A stretch of 57,813 nucleotides of DNA from an uncultured Candidatus Saccharibacteria bacterium (GTDB taxonomy: Bacteria > Patescibacteriota > Minisyncoccia > UBA9983), in contig CAYJQX010000005.1 in NCBI GenBank assembly GCA_964372755.1, positions 1-57,813 of the forward strand, written 5' to 3'. This document shows, piece after piece, positions 57,446-57,813 of this stretch. Numbering within the stretch: position 1 is the stretch's first letter; each line of letters begins with the position of its first letter. Made by a program: the position numbers and the translations under genes. A model generated the notes under the pieces. That model made no database searches. It had not been told where the DNA came from and saw only the letters and a program-made list of their open reading frames with translations.

Positions 57446-57740
57446 GGCATGGAAGGTACCGGGCCACGAGGTGTCTCTTGCACCCAAATGCCGGCTCGGT
57501 AAATGTTCTTTTTTTCAAAAGAGGGAGCGCGTATGCGGACGGGACTGAAAATCCCCAATCCAAAATACGACAAAATAACCGGCGATTAAAAGTCGTCGGT
57601 GCGAAGAGCGACCAAAAACGAGAGCCATTTTCCTACACGGAAAGGCTCACTGCCTCGCGCGAGGCCACAGGTCGCCAGAGCCTAGGAAGCTCCCAGCTTC
57701 ATGACCGGCAATCCAAAACAACGATTGCCGGTTTTTTTAT
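57446..57740 (+). ncRNA. Unidentified structured RNA candidate ending in intrinsic terminator
   Basis: Continuous base-pairing potential including an H-type pseudoknot; TTGACA at 57423; terminator accggcaatc/gattgccggt plus T-tract. Confidence 0.6.
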
Positions 57741-57813
57741 CTAAGCGAAAAAAATTTTTACGCTTAGATAAATACCTATGGTACTTCAAAATCTGCTGAT
57801 TTTGAACACCACC

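Noticed and set aside
57537-57561. tRNA-Phe gene
   Set aside because: Only an anticodon-like loop; no D-arm, TTCGA T-arm or acceptor stem
57436-57744. 102-aa ORF at the right end
   Set aside because: No SD, runs through the terminator and has no protein-like motifs; the region is better explained as structured RNA

Overview
Chromosomal segment most consistent with a Patescibacteria (CPR, Parcubacteria-like) genome. This is inferred from the large peptidoglycan-binding S-layer-like protein, alpha2-type GlyRS, short UvrC/MetRS, non-PGKG EF-P and largely SD-less core genes. Most genes are on the minus strand. The backbone is housekeeping: ftsK, recA, efp, rpsF-ssb-rpsR, tatD, metG, glyQS, recO, ileS, argS, dcd/tmk/thyX, secE-nusG-rplK, tgt, uvrC/A/B, hpf, udg and a two-component pair. 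Accessory DNA is interleaved with it: two toxin-antitoxin pairs, two unrelated DGR-type variable-protein genes with no reverse transcriptase or template repeat in the window, and several orphan genes. The most notable structure is a dispersed, orientation-fixed inverted-repeat element (arms CGAC[A/G]C[C/T]AATAC...ACGAAT) at 7 loci. It brackets a GxxExxY PD-(D/E)XK nuclease gene inserted between nusG and rplK, occurs as empty hairpins between stop and start codons, supplies start codons to two genes and is inserted in frame in uvrC. Other short palindrome families sit in frame in ileS, uvrA, uvrB and uvrC. An unidentified ~290-nt pseudoknotted RNA-like region ends in a terminator at the right edge. 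No tRNA, rRNA or CRISPR array was recognised. All calls come from reading the sequence; no database searches were run.
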